A stretch of 64,000 bases of DNA from a virus. Each line of letters starts with the position of its first letter. Within the stretch, counting starts at the first letter, position 1. The notes below the pieces were generated by a model. The model worked only from the letters and a program-made list of their open reading frames with translations. It did not search any database and had not been told where the DNA came from. The position numbers were made by a program, and so were the translations under genes. Shown piece by piece: positions 39,737 to 52,200 of the stretch. Location: positions 32,001 through 96,000 of IMG/VR virus record IMGVR_UViG_3300017818_000007. The stretch is one strand, 5' to 3'.

Positions 39737-42700
39737 TTAACTTAATAAAAACCTTTGTAATGCTACTGCATCACCGTCAATGCCGCCTGTAAAGTTCATT
39801 TTGGCTTTGACTTTAATCTCAACTCCAGTAGTGGTATCAATTTGATCTTCTTTAATTTCAATAACACCTGCTGTCAAGATATTTACGTTCAATTCGGAAT
39901 TACCGCCACCAATTTGAGCATTAATAAATGTTCTAATTGCTTTTTGTGTTGGAACAATACTGTCCGAATCTGCCGCAAATGTGCCGTCAGTACTAAATTC
40001 AGTAATAACAGCGCCTGTTCCACCAAGTTCAACTGAACCTAATGAAAGTTCGTTTAGACCTGCAACGTTAAATGCATCAGCATCTAGTGTTGCAACACCT
40101 GTTGACTGTTCTACCGAGAACAAGTCACCTACTCTAAAGTTTCCGTCTTGGTCAGTAGATGTAAAGAACACTCTACCGCCGCCACCGACAACTGTTTCAT
40201 TAGCAGGAACTGGATTCTGTAATGGAATGCCAGGATAATTAGTTTGTGTATAGTTTCCTGTACCAATGTCTAGGAAGTCATGACCAGTTAGACGTACTTG
40301 AGAATATCTAATACGCATTTCTACTGGATCAGCGTGTGGTGGTGCAGTGTTTACAGGAATATCCGGAGACACTTGCAATTTACACGCATATAGTCCTTGT
40401 GCATTTGGTCCGGTTAATTCTCTAACAACAACCAGTTTGTAATATTCGCCTGGTAAGTTGTCAAATGTCACGTTTGAACCTGCTTTTGGTGGTTCTGTTA
40501 AATTTTCAACAAATATGTTTGAACCGTTTTGGTACTTGTCAATAGTACCGCTACCTGAAACAGTAGCACTTGCAGTTTCGTACCCTTCACCTCTGTTTAG
40601 AATTGTTGGATTAGCAAGTGCGCCGTCTCCAACTCTAACTTGTACTGGTGCTTCAATTGTGTTGCTTGGATCAGTAATTGTAATGTTTGGTGTTGAAGAA
40701 TAGCCTGAACCTGGTTCCCAAATTCTCATTCCTGGAATTTTACCAGTTGCTACTCTTGCTCTAACAAATGCTTGAGCACCTGCTCTTACTAATGCACCGT
40801 TTCCTGAACCACTTTGTAGTGCAAACCATGTAGGTCTACGTCCAGGATTACCAAATGCTAGTGCAGAATATACACCATCTGTTTTACCGTTTGTTTTACC
40901 TTTCCAACTAATACCGTCTTTTGTTAATGATGTTTGTGAAGTATCAATAATTGTTTCAACATCAAATGTTAAGTCAACGGCTCCGCCGCCACCTAACTGT
41001 GCATCAAGAATAGTAATTGTTTCATCAACAACAAATCCTTGTCCTAGTCTGTCAACTGTAATAGTTGCCGCACCTGTTCCATCTACATCAACTGTAAATT
41101 CTGCGTTAGCACCACTACCGTCTGATGTCCAATCACTTGTAGTAATTGTGTAAGAACCTTCTGTTCTAGAAGCGTCTGCGCCACCTACGTTATAAGTTGA
41201 TTTGATTTGACCGTTTGTTGCCGCAAACCAAAGGAATACACCTTGTCCGTATTCTAAGTATCCGTCGCCACCACCAATTGATGAATCAGCAGTAGTATCA
41301 ATTTCTGTTTCAACCCAGTTAGAACCATCAAGACTATAATAACCTTGTGTTCCTTTATCGCCAATCATTAAGTAGCGACCATTACCATATGCAATATCTT
41401 TTACGTTTGTGTTTGTGTCAGTAAATGCTGGAAATGCTTTTGAGTTCCAATCAATACCATTGCTCGATTGCAAGTATGTAGCACCATCACCAATTACAAT
41501 AAATTCGTCTCTACCGTAAATAATTTTCTTCCAGTTGCCTGTTGATGGTAATGTTGCTGAAGTCCATGTCACACCGTCTGCGGAGTATGCCGCTTGTGTT
41601 CCACCTGATGCAACTGCTACATATACTGCTTTTGCATAGATACTTGCTGACCATGTTGCTGTTGCTGGTAGTGTTGCACTAGACCAACTAGCACCATCAT
41701 CTGTTGAATATGCCGCATCAGTTGAATCTTCTTTAAGAACAACCCAAGTCATTGTACTATCTTCACCAGCACCATAACTTAATCCTACCCATTTTCCAGT
41801 AGCAGGTAGTGTTCCCCCTGCTGACCAACTAGCACCATCTTGTGAATAAACTGTTTGATTGGTGTTATAACCTGCGATAATAAATCTATCATTACCGTAT
41901 GCCATATTATTACGTTTACTTTGTAGACTTACACCATAACTTTGTTGAGCACTTGAGAATGGAGGTTCGCTAATTTCAACTCTTGGTTCAATAACATATT
42001 TTGTTGTTCCGTCTAGTAGTTCTGAAATAGCAGTTCCTGGAATAAAATGATCCCATCCAGGTTGTCCGTCTGATTCTCTAAACACTGTTGCATCTTTATT
42101 ACCAGCATTAAACTGTCCAATAAATCCATACTGTCCAACACCTAAACCACTTGTAAGAATAATTCTCATTCCATCATAGTCACCTGTGTTAGCAGTGTCT
42201 GTATTTGAAATTCTAATTTTAGTAGTATCACCTGTTTGTGCAGTATTATTTGCATAACCATAATCAGCACCACCAAAGTCGCCTTCACCATCTGCGTCAA
42301 CGTCTGTGTTTAACATTCTAATATCAAATACTGCTTGGTCTCTATATTCATCACCTAAGATATTAGCATTAACACCGTCGCCAGTGACTGTGTAAGTTGA
42401 TGTTTCATAGTTAATACCAGCATTATCATAGAAGAAAGTTAAAATTTCATTTTGGTCTGTTAGTACATCACCGATTAATGCTTCAGAATATCTATTATTA
42501 ACTGTACCACTAATTACTGTTTCTGTTGCGTCTACCCCTTCTGCTACACAACCATATGTACCATAAGATGAGTTTCCGTTTGTAGCACGGATTTTACCGC
42601 CGTTTTCTGCTAGGTATCCAATGTGTCCGTAGTATGAGAACACGGAAACTAATTCTACCCTTGCTAGGTTAGTGACCCAACAACCAATACCATCACTTAA

Positions 42701-45700
42701 AATTTGTGTAAAGTCGTTAGCAACAATTGAGTCATTGCCGCTATCGTGTAGTTCGCCGTCAACTTTTAATCCAACACACGCTGTACCAAAGTTTGAAACG
42801 TTTTGTACATAAGGTGACTTAGAAATAATCCATGTTCTATCGTCTGCTGTACCCCAGCCTGGATCAAGCGATACAAACGCACCCGCTGTTGGTCGTTTTG
42901 TACCATATGAGTTAGCAGTACCTAGTACACCTGTTAATCCGTTTAATGAACAGTTGCGTAAACCACAACCGTTTCTTAAGTAGAACATATCTTCTGTGAC
43001 TGAACCTTCAACTGCGTTTGCATAGAATCTTGCCGCATAATGTGAAGCATATGTGCCACCGTATGTTAAATCATGTATTACAGCGTCGATATAATCTTTA
43101 ACATCGTCTTTACAACTTGCAACACTGTAAGTATATGAAGGATATGTTGCTGTAATATAAGCAGTTGCTTCTTCTGCTAGGAAATCTTTGTTTAACGTTA
43201 ACTGTCTAACTGCATTATGTACGTTTTGATCTGTACTTCTTACATTACCGTTATAATAAACAGTACCATTAGAAGTGTATTCTTCAAACGTCGAACTATC
43301 TAATGCAATAGTCATTTTATAATCTTCGTATAATGCAAACGTTGTAGTTGTAAGTACATCTACATAGAACATTCTGTCGTTTAGTTCTATCATTCCGTTT
43401 ACATTTTTAATGTTTACTAGTGTTCTATCTTGTAAACCGTGTGCTGATGTTGTTTCGATTACACAAGGGTCTGCCTTTGTAATTGAATTAATGCTTAGTG
43501 TTGACTGTCCTGTTGTTAATGTAGGAGCAGTAGAGTCTTGCGAATCATTACCTGCATAGTAAGTGATATAATCAAGTACGTGTTGTAGTTTTGCTACGGC
43601 CGCAGTACCTTCTGTTGCAGTACCATACGGAAGTGCTTGTACTTGTGATTGTGTGTTAGTACCTGTTTTAGTGACAGCACTACCTTGAATAATATCGCTT
43701 AGTAAACCTTGTACTCTTGTGATACCTGCTAAACTGTAATCAACATCGCTTCTTGAAACGTAGTCAGTATCTTCACTTGGTCGAATTCTAGTTGAACGCA
43801 ATTCGTCACCAACAACTGCTGTATTTGCAGGAACTCTAATAGGAAGAACTTCTTTATATTCTCCTGTTTTAACAAACACAGTTTTTTGTACTTGTTCTTC
43901 TGTTGGAATACCTGATGCACTACCTGCTGTAATAGCATCAGTAATAATTGCAACTAAACTTTCAATAACGCTCTGTGCTTCAGATTCTTCAACAAGAGCA
44001 GTATCTTTTCTTTGTGTAATTGCCGGTGTATAACTGTTTAATGTTTGGTAGTTTGATGCCGGATCAAGACTGCTAATAACAGCATCAATTACTTCAATAC
44101 CGTAGTTAATAGAAGCAACTGTTTCTGATTCTTGACCGTTAATATAACTTCCGCCTGCTTTTGTAAAGTAAGCATATGCGGCTTTTCTTGATTCTGTATT
44201 GCCACCATGTGATAAATCCCAAATAACAGCATCAATAATAATGCCCATGTCTCTATAACATTTTGCACTGTCATATGAGAAAGCACTAGTAAATGGTGCA
44301 ATGTCATTTGCAATTTGATAATCTGTCCATTCAACAATTTCTCTTTGAATAAATTGTCTATTCTCTTTTAATAGTTGTACTGCATTAGGTCTTAGTACAC
44401 CTTTTTCAATTGCTTCACAAGCAAATCTTACAGATTTAAAAGGTCTATCAAGTGTAGAACCTCTATTTGGATATGCGCCGTCAACACCATCAGGACCAAC
44501 ATAATAAACGTGGTCTGTTCTGCCCCAGTATTTCCATGCTGGTAGTCCAGTTGTGTCAACTGTTAATACTTGTCCTTCTTCACCAATTGGTAAACGTGCA
44601 GGACCTGCACCATTGTAAATTAATAGGTCACCGTCTGTTGTTAAGTTAGAACCTTCAGCACCACCTGCTAATAATTTGTAGTAGGTACCTGAAACATCTA
44701 AGTCAGGACGCTTTTGACCAATTGCTTGGTTTGATTGGTGTGCTTGAATTACTACGTATGAGTTCACACCATAGTAAACAACATCACCTAATACATAATC
44801 TGTAATGTTTGTCCAGTTGCCTTTCCAAGCAAAACCTTCGTTTAATTTTGTCCAAAAAGTTGTTTCACTTGCAGGATTTTTTGCAACACCTTGATGGTCT
44901 TGAATACACATATAAGTGTATCCACCTAGTCTTACTACATCTCCTACTAGATAATCTTGTAATGAAGAGTCGTCACCATAGTCGCCTCTAAAGTTATAAC
45001 CTTTTAGGTATAACTTCCAATCGTTTGCGTTTGCATACGGTGGCTTACCAGTGTTGTTAGTATTTGCAATATAAGAATAACCGCCGTATGTGACAATGTC
45101 TCCTGGTTGATAAACTTCACCATTGCTCCACGAATCTTCGTATTCTAATCCTGGAACAAAAATTGACCAATTGCCTTCATCTGTTGCAAAACTATTAGTT
45201 GCTGTATGAGCCGCTGTACAAATCCAAATGTTTGCGCCATATTTTACAATGTCATTAATTCTATAACGTGTACCTGTTGACCAAGTTTCTCTGTATTCAA
45301 TACCTTTATGAAAGTGTTGCCATTTTGCTTGATCTACTTCTAATCCATCTGCTAAATCTGTTGCAGACTGGTGGCCTTGAATACAAACATAAATTTGACC
45401 ACCATACTTAACAAGGTCATTTAGTTTGTACCTAGTTGAAATTGCCCAGTTGTTTTTCCATTCAAAACCTTCTGTAAAAATATTCCATCTGTCTGCAACT
45501 GAAGCAATTCTAAATGTCACATTAGGAGCGCCACCACCACCAAGTTGTGCATCAGTAATTGTTAATACATCGCCAACTGCATATCCTGTACCATTGCTTG
45601 TTAATGTAATCGCAACACCACCAATGTTATCAACTGTGGCATCTAAAACTAATCCTGATCCAGAACCGTCTGTTGGTGTAATTCCTGTATATGTTCCCTG

Positions 45701-46249
45701 ACTTCTAGAAACGTTTGCCGCTGATATCGAATCAATTGTTAATGCTTTACCATCGTTGTCGTTTTCTAAACCATCACTGTCTGAAGATGCTGTTGCACTT
45801 GATGTATGATCATCAATACAAACATAAACTGTTCCGCCATACTTGGCAATATCATTAACTTTATATCTTGTGCTAGTTGCCCAAGCGCCGGTATAATTAA
45901 AAAATTCTGCGTATGTGTCCCAGTCGCCTTGGTTAAACTCTAAACCTTTTGTTGTTGTATCGGCTGAAGTGTGGCCATTATTTGCAATATATAGATAACC
46001 ACCATATTTTACAACATCACCTGTTTTATAATAAGTGCTAGTTGCCCAGTCTTCCTTCCATGCAGAACCATCAGCAAACGTATTCCAGTTTGCACTATCT
46101 ACATAAAAGTCAGCGTCTGCGGTATGTGCTTCAGTACAAATATATACTTTACCACCGTACCTTACAACATCGTCTTTAACGTATGCTGTACTGGTTGTCC
46201 AGTCGCCTTTCCATACAAATTTAATTCTTCCTAATAGAAATTCAGCCAT
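39737..46249 (-). CDS. Long fibre protein with CBM5/12-like repeats, a beta-helix and propeller-like repeats (2170 aa)
   Basis: About ten W..W...T.Y..GDVV.YGG..Y.C...HT repeats, a YVGPDG.D/RPFKSV beta-helix lead-in, and YG.G.FVAV-type repeats. Confidence 0.75.
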   Translation of the reverse strand: MAEFLLGRIKFVWKGDWTTSTAYVKDDVVRYGGKVYICTEAHTADADFYVDSANWNTFADGSAWKEDWATSTYYKTGDVVKYGGYLYIANNGHTSADTTTKGLEFNQGDWDTYAEFFNYTGAWATSTRYKVNDIAKYGGTVYVCIDDHTSSATASSDSDGLENDNDGKALTIDSISAANVSRSQGTYTGITPTDGSGSGLVLDATVDNIGGVAITLTSNGTGYAVGDVLTITDAQLGGGGAPNVTFRIASVADRWNIFTEGFEWKNNWAISTRYKLNDLVKYGGQIYVCIQGHQSATDLADGLEVDQAKWQHFHKGIEYRETWSTGTRYRINDIVKYGANIWICTAAHTATNSFATDEGNWSIFVPGLEYEDSWSNGEVYQPGDIVTYGGYSYIANTNNTGKPPYANANDWKLYLKGYNFRGDYGDDSSLQDYLVGDVVRLGGYTYMCIQDHQGVAKNPASETTFWTKLNEGFAWKGNWTNITDYVLGDVVYYGVNSYVVIQAHQSNQAIGQKRPDLDVSGTYYKLLAGGAEGSNLTTDGDLLIYNGAGPARLPIGEEGQVLTVDTTGLPAWKYWGRTDHVYYVGPDGVDGAYPNRGSTLDRPFKSVRFACEAIEKGVLRPNAVQLLKENRQFIQREIVEWTDYQIANDIAPFTSAFSYDSAKCYRDMGIIIDAVIWDLSHGGNTESRKAAYAYFTKAGGSYINGQESETVASINYGIEVIDAVISSLDPASNYQTLNSYTPAITQRKDTALVEESEAQSVIESLVAIITDAITAGSASGIPTEEQVQKTVFVKTGEYKEVLPIRVPANTAVVGDELRSTRIRPSEDTDYVSRSDVDYSLAGITRVQGLLSDIIQGSAVTKTGTNTQSQVQALPYGTATEGTAAVAKLQHVLDYITYYAGNDSQDSTAPTLTTGQSTLSINSITKADPCVIETTSAHGLQDRTLVNIKNVNGMIELNDRMFYVDVLTTTTFALYEDYKMTIALDSSTFEEYTSNGTVYYNGNVRSTDQNVHNAVRQLTLNKDFLAEEATAYITATYPSYTYSVASCKDDVKDYIDAVIHDLTYGGTYASHYAARFYANAVEGSVTEDMFYLRNGCGLRNCSLNGLTGVLGTANSYGTKRPTAGAFVSLDPGWGTADDRTWIISKSPYVQNVSNFGTACVGLKVDGELHDSGNDSIVANDFTQILSDGIGCWVTNLARVELVSVFSYYGHIGYLAENGGKIRATNGNSSYGTYGCVAEGVDATETVISGTVNNRYSEALIGDVLTDQNEILTFFYDNAGINYETSTYTVTGDGVNANILGDEYRDQAVFDIRMLNTDVDADGEGDFGGADYGYANNTAQTGDTTKIRISNTDTANTGDYDGMRIILTSGLGVGQYGFIGQFNAGNKDATVFRESDGQPGWDHFIPGTAISELLDGTTKYVIEPRVEISEPPFSSAQQSYGVSLQSKRNNMAYGNDRFIIAGYNTNQTVYSQDGASWSAGGTLPATGKWVGLSYGAGEDSTMTWVVLKEDSTDAAYSTDDGASWSSATLPATATWSASIYAKAVYVAVASGGTQAAYSADGVTWTSATLPSTGNWKKIIYGRDEFIVIGDGATYLQSSNGIDWNSKAFPAFTDTNTNVKDIAYGNGRYLMIGDKGTQGYYSLDGSNWVETEIDTTADSSIGGGDGYLEYGQGVFLWFAATNGQIKSTYNVGGADASRTEGSYTITTSDWTSDGSGANAEFTVDVDGTGAATITVDRLGQGFVVDETITILDAQLGGGGAVDLTFDVETIIDTSQTSLTKDGISWKGKTNGKTDGVYSALAFGNPGRRPTWFALQSGSGNGALVRAGAQAFVRARVATGKIPGMRIWEPGSGYSSTPNITITDPSNTIEAPVQVRVGDGALANPTILNRGEGYETASATVSGSGTIDKYQNGSNIFVENLTEPPKAGSNVTFDNLPGEYYKLVVVRELTGPNAQGLYACKLQVSPDIPVNTAPPHADPVEMRIRYSQVRLTGHDFLDIGTGNYTQTNYPGIPLQNPVPANETVVGGGGRVFFTSTDQDGNFRVGDLFSVEQSTGVATLDADAFNVAGLNELSLGSVELGGTGAVITEFSTDGTFAADSDSIVPTQKAIRTFINAQIGGGNSELNVNILTAGVIEIKEDQIDTTTGVEIKVKAKMNFTGGIDGDAVALQRFLLS

Positions 46250-46281
46250 GTTTTGCTCCGATATCGTAGTTATTTATTATA

Positions 46282-49200
46282 TTATGCTCCGTAGTTATCA
46301 TTCGTATTCCCTCCGGACTCATCTTGTCCTCCAAAATCATCTGAAATAGCAATGTCAGTACCAAATGCAAAGAACGCTCTAGCCGCCATATCACCGCCTA
46401 CACCGCCTTCAAACGATATTTTTGCTTTTGCTTGTATAACACTACCGTCGGTAGTATCTATTTCTTGACCACTATCACCTGATGTAATAACACCAGCAGT
46501 GACTTTGTTAACATTAACACTAGAACCACCACCTGTAATACGTGATTTAACGTATGCCGCTATTGCTTTTTGTGTTGGTACTACGTTATCACTGTTTGCT
46601 ACAAACAGCGGATCAATTGAGAACTCTTTAATTACTGCACCCGTACCACCAAGTGTCACACCACCTAATGATAATTCTGTTAATCCTGATAAATCAAACT
46701 GATCAGCATTAATAGTAATAATACCCGATGCCTGCTCAACTTCAAATAGTTCACCTACTCTAAAGTTTCCATCTTGGTCAGTGGACGAGTAAAACACTCT
46801 ACCACCATCACTAAAGTCTGTTTCGTTTTGTTGTTTTACAGCATCTTCGTCTGCTTCAGTAAATCCTTGTAAGTATCTTACAGGATATCTAGTTGAATTT
46901 TTATTACCAGTACCAATATCTAGGAAGTCATGGAATGTTAAACGAACCTGACTGTATTGTTCACGCATTACTAGTGCTGTGTTATGATCTGGTGACTCGT
47001 CAACTCCTAATGTTGGACTAATCTGTATTGTTGCTGACAACGTTGGTTCAGATCCTGTAATATCAGTGACTTTTGTGACCAAATATGTTTTTCCGTCAAT
47101 ACCTGTAATTGATAAGTTAGCACCCGGACCTGGTTCTCTAGTTAAATCAGTGACCTTAATTTTGTTTCCTGTTTGATATACATCAGCATATCCGTCGCCT
47201 GTGACACTTGCTGTTGCACTTCTAAATTTAGTACCTCTATTTCTAAATGAAGGTTGAGGTAATACACCATTTGCAATTCTTAATTTAACATAAGGATCAA
47301 CAGTTGCTAAAGGATCACTAACTGTCATACTCATAGCATCTGTTTCTTCAATTGTAATTGCTGTTGCGCCAGCATCTTCTGTGCTACCATAATACAGACC
47401 ACTTGGTGCATCATATTGAATTTCAATTTCAACTGTACGATTTGCATAATCTGCAAAATCTCTAAGGAACACGTCTCTGCTTACAACTGTTGTTCCAAAA
47501 CGATATACAACATTATCGGACCAAACAATAGTTTTAGCCGCATCTTGATAGATATTCAATGGATGAATGTTATCTTCAACTACACCGTCAACAACTGCAC
47601 CACCATAGTTTTTAAGTGATTCATCACTTAAATCAAAAGTATATCTTCTACCTTCAGTAAATGTTAATGTTGGGTTTTCGCTTCCGTCGATAAAATAAAC
47701 ATCTGCTGTATCTGCCGCATTTCTACCAAATGTGACAGCAAACGTATTATTAACATTCAATAAATCGCTTTCGTAGTTTGAACCTGGATCATAAATCCAA
47801 AACTCGCCTGCTCTTGTATTTTTAACAAACATTCTAGCAAATGGTTTTCTACCTGCTTGAATTACAACAGCATTTTGTTCGCCTGAACCTTGTAGAGGAC
47901 TACCACTTCCCATTAATACAAATTTACATGAGTTTCCAGGAGTACCAATTCCACAAGTGGTCCAATTAGCAGTAGTTGGAAGAGTTTTTGCTTCCCAAAA
48001 AATTCCATTTTCTGAAATTGCAAATTCGTCCGTATTAGGTTTAAATGCTACATATACACCTTGGCCGTATCCTAAGAACCAGTTGCCTGTTGATGGTAAA
48101 ACATTTTCTTGTCTATACCACGCACCATGGCCGCCTGTTGGATTAATCCATACATCGTCGCTATTTGTTTCTGTTGCAAGGAAAATGTTATTACCATAAA
48201 CCATGCTTTCAACATTTGACATATCTCCCATGCTAACAAAGTTTTCAGCCCATTCAGTATTACCAGGTGTTTTTGTATAAATTCTCATTTTAGAAGAATC
48301 CCAGTCACCCGCTACTGCAACAAACTTGCCGGATCCGTATGCCATTCCTCTAACGCCGCCGTCAAAACTTTCTGCTGACGGTAATTGTCCTGCTGTCCAT
48401 GTATTGCCATAATCTAAACTTTGGAAATATTCAGGCGAGCCGTTTGATGTCACTAACCATTCTGAACGCCCATCAACTCTTACAAGTGCATACGAACTAT
48501 CTGGTTGTACACCTGATCCTGTACTATTATAGTTTACATAATACATAGGAACACCAACTAACGAGTTGGGTACTGTCCATACTACTTTTCTTGTTTGCGC
48601 CGCATTAAATCCTGATACATAAGCCGCTAAATCTGCAACTTGTTTATTATTAAGATAATATTTTACGCCTTCTGTATATTCGTCGCCGCCGCCATTAATA
48701 CCTTCCGGAGTTGAACTAAAATAAATTGGGCAGTTGTTATTTGAGCCATCGTTTTGATTAAACGTATAAGTATTTCCTTCAACAACAGAAATATCTGGAG
48801 CAGTATTTACTGCGCCATCAAAGTGATAAAGTGGATTGTCTCCAGGTACAGAAACTGTGACTTTAAATGTCTGCTCAATTGTTGGGTTATCACCAAATGC
48901 AATATATCTTGTTTGAACTCCTGTACTATCGTTAGTGACCTCGTACATTGTCCAGTTTTCGCCGTCGCTTGATACCGCAACAATACCTTCTTTAGCAACA
49001 GCAACAAACTTACCGCCACCGTAATCTAAATCTTGCCAAGACCAACGACCGGTTGATTGTGGAAGATTACTTCCATCCATATTTCCGGCAGTCCAACTAG
49101 TACCGTTTGTAGAATAAACAAACTGATCTGTTCCTGAATTACCAAATTCACTTTGTGCAATAGCAACGTATCTATTATTACCAAACACAACTTTTTTATA

Positions 49201-52200
49201 GTCTAATGGAGTGTTAACATTGATGCTTTCAGTTGCAAACGGAGGTTTACTAAATTCAACTCTTGGCTCAATTTGATAAAATGCAGTATCGTCAAGACTT
49301 GTTTGAATTGGAGTCCCTGGAATCCAATGATCCCAACCTGGTAAGTCGTCACTTTCTCTTAGAATATATGCAACTTTACTTGACGGATCGTATGATTGGA
49401 TATAACCGTATTGTCCTTTACCTTTACCCTGCGTAATAAAAATACGCTTTCCATCATAAACACCACTACTATCTTCAACAGTATCAGTTGCACTTAATAA
49501 AAGTGTAGAACCTGTTCCACCTTGTGACTGACCTGTAGTAATACTAAATCCTGAACCACCAGGTGTAGATGAATCACCCGGATCAAGCATTCTAACTTGT
49601 GATAGTGATTTGTTTCTAAATTCTTTAAATTCTGCTTCTAAGTTAGAACCAGTACCTGAAAATGCATCAATATCTGCACTTGTATAATTTTGTCCAGCGT
49701 GTGCATAACCAAACAAATAAATTTCGTTGTCTAAATCTGTTAATACGTTTGATACTGTTGCGTCATTATCTCTGTTGTTTACATTTGCTGTAATTGGTGT
49801 TTCTAATAAGTCATACCCTTCAGCAACAGAACCGTAATCACCGTATGAGTTGTTTCCGTTTGTAGCACGAATCTTTCCGCCTGCTTCAGACAAGTATCCA
49901 ATATGACAATAATATGTAAACACTGATACAAGTTCTGATAATGCACCGTTAGTGACCCAAATACCAATACCGCCACTTATTACTTGTGTAAAGTCGTTAG
50001 CAACAATAGATTTATTACCACCTAAATGCAACCCACCGTCAATTTTCATTCCTACACAATTAGTACCAAATGTTGTGACATTTTGCACATAAGTAGATTT
50101 AGATGTGACCCACACATTACTATCACTTGGACCTGTTCCTGGATCTAAACTAACAAACGCAGGATGTCCTCCTACTGGACGTTTAGTGCCAAACTCGTTA
50201 ACAGCACTCATAGTTCCTACAAGGCCTTGTAGAGTACAATTTCTAATACCACAACCATTCTTTACGTGGAACATATCTGTTCCTTCGTATCCTGCGGCCG
50301 GAACAATTCTAGTTGATCTTAATTCATCTCCAACTACTGCAACATTAGCAGGAATTTTTAAAGGTAATATTTCTTTAAATTCACCAGTTGAAACAAATAC
50401 TGTTGCTGGTGTTCTGTTTACTGTATCACCTGCAATGTGATCTAGTGCATACTTAACAGTTCTAAACGGATTTTGTTTTGTGGCGCCGCGTGTTGCTTCG
50501 TCAACACCGTCAAGTGCTACATAAAAATTATTTTTAGAATCTCCTAAAAGATCCCATTGTGGACCTTGTCCTAAACTTGAGTCTGCATTTGTTTGTGGTA
50601 AACCTTTAAGTACAGTTCCTAGGTCACCAATTTCTAAACGCTCATTTGATCCTGCACTGTAAGTTTTAATATCGCCAGGTCTTGCAAGTACGTTTGTTCT
50701 AATACCTTGTACGTATACTTTCCAGTATACTGGAATAGTTTTTCTTGTATCTTGATCCGGTCTACTATTAGCACTATTAGCATCATGTCTTCTAATACAC
50801 TGATAAGCAGTTCCTGCCCAAAGTACAATGTCGCCTAATTCGTATGCATTAAGTGTAGAGTCTGCATCAAAATCATTCCAAGGTCCTTTAAAAGAAACAC
50901 CAGGCATTAATAAATCCCAATTAGATGTTCCACTAACTGAAATTACTTGAACACCACTTGATCCTGTGTTATTATAATCTGCAAAATAAATTGCATCTGG
51001 ACAATCAGGTTCAAGTTTAACAATAACTTGTCTAACTGTTGCTGTATTAAATCCTGAATTATAATCTTCTAAACTTGCTACAATTTCGTCATCTAAAATA
51101 TAAGTTGTTTGCACTCCAGTAAATAATTCATTACCACCATCTGCTACATTTAAGAATCCGTCTGTTGTATCTGCTGGATAAATTGGATGAGAATCGTTTG
51201 AACTATGCGATTGATCTAAAATTAATGTAGTGCCACGTGTATAAGTTTTATTTGGTGTTGTGACTCCGTCCCAATTAAAGGCTGTTCCAAATGTAATACT
51301 AACATCTGTTTTAATACCGCTGTCTGGTTTACTACCAACGTTGTCGATAACTGCCCAGTACAAATAACCGTGATTTCTTACAACATCACCTACTTTATAA
51401 GGTTGTACCGCAGACCAATCATTTTTAAAATTATACCATTCACTTAAAAGTTCCCAATCATTTACTTCTACTGAAGGAACTTTATTAGTATGGAACGTTT
51501 TACAATAGTATGTATATCCACCATATTCAACAATATCACCGGGTTGGTAATTTGTATCTGCGTTCCATTGTTCTTCATATGCCATTCCTGCAACATATAA
51601 ATTCCAATAAGATTCTGTGTCTCTAAATAACGGATCATCAGTTTCCTCGTCAGTGCCTGTGACAGTATGTGTAGCATTACAAACATAAATTGCTTGACTA
51701 TGCCTAACCATATCACCAACTTTCCATTTAATTGTGTTTGGTGTTCCGCCTTGAACGTGTGCTGTTGGTGCTGTCCAGAGACCTTTGTATTCAATACCAG
51801 GAACAACTAAATCCCACCAACCTTCTACGTCTACTTCGTTTTCAAAATTACTTGTTGAAGTGTGTTGAGCATTTGCTCTATAAACATATCCTCCATAACG
51901 AACAATGTCTTGTGGTTTATAATTTGTTGCAGGTGCCCATTCGTTTAACCAATCATCACCTGTGACTATTCTTTCCCAATATCCTTGATCGCCTGCTAGT
52001 CCTTCGGCATTTGTTCCTGAAGTGTGTGCAGTTGTACATCTCCAAGTTGAACCGCCGGCTCTAACAACATCACCGACTTGATATGGTGTAAATCCAACCC
52101 AATCTCCAGACCAATGAGATCCAAATACGTGAGTTGTCCAAAATCTAATGTTATTTGCGTGACCAAAATCAGCATCTGTTAGTGCCTGGTGTCCTTGTGT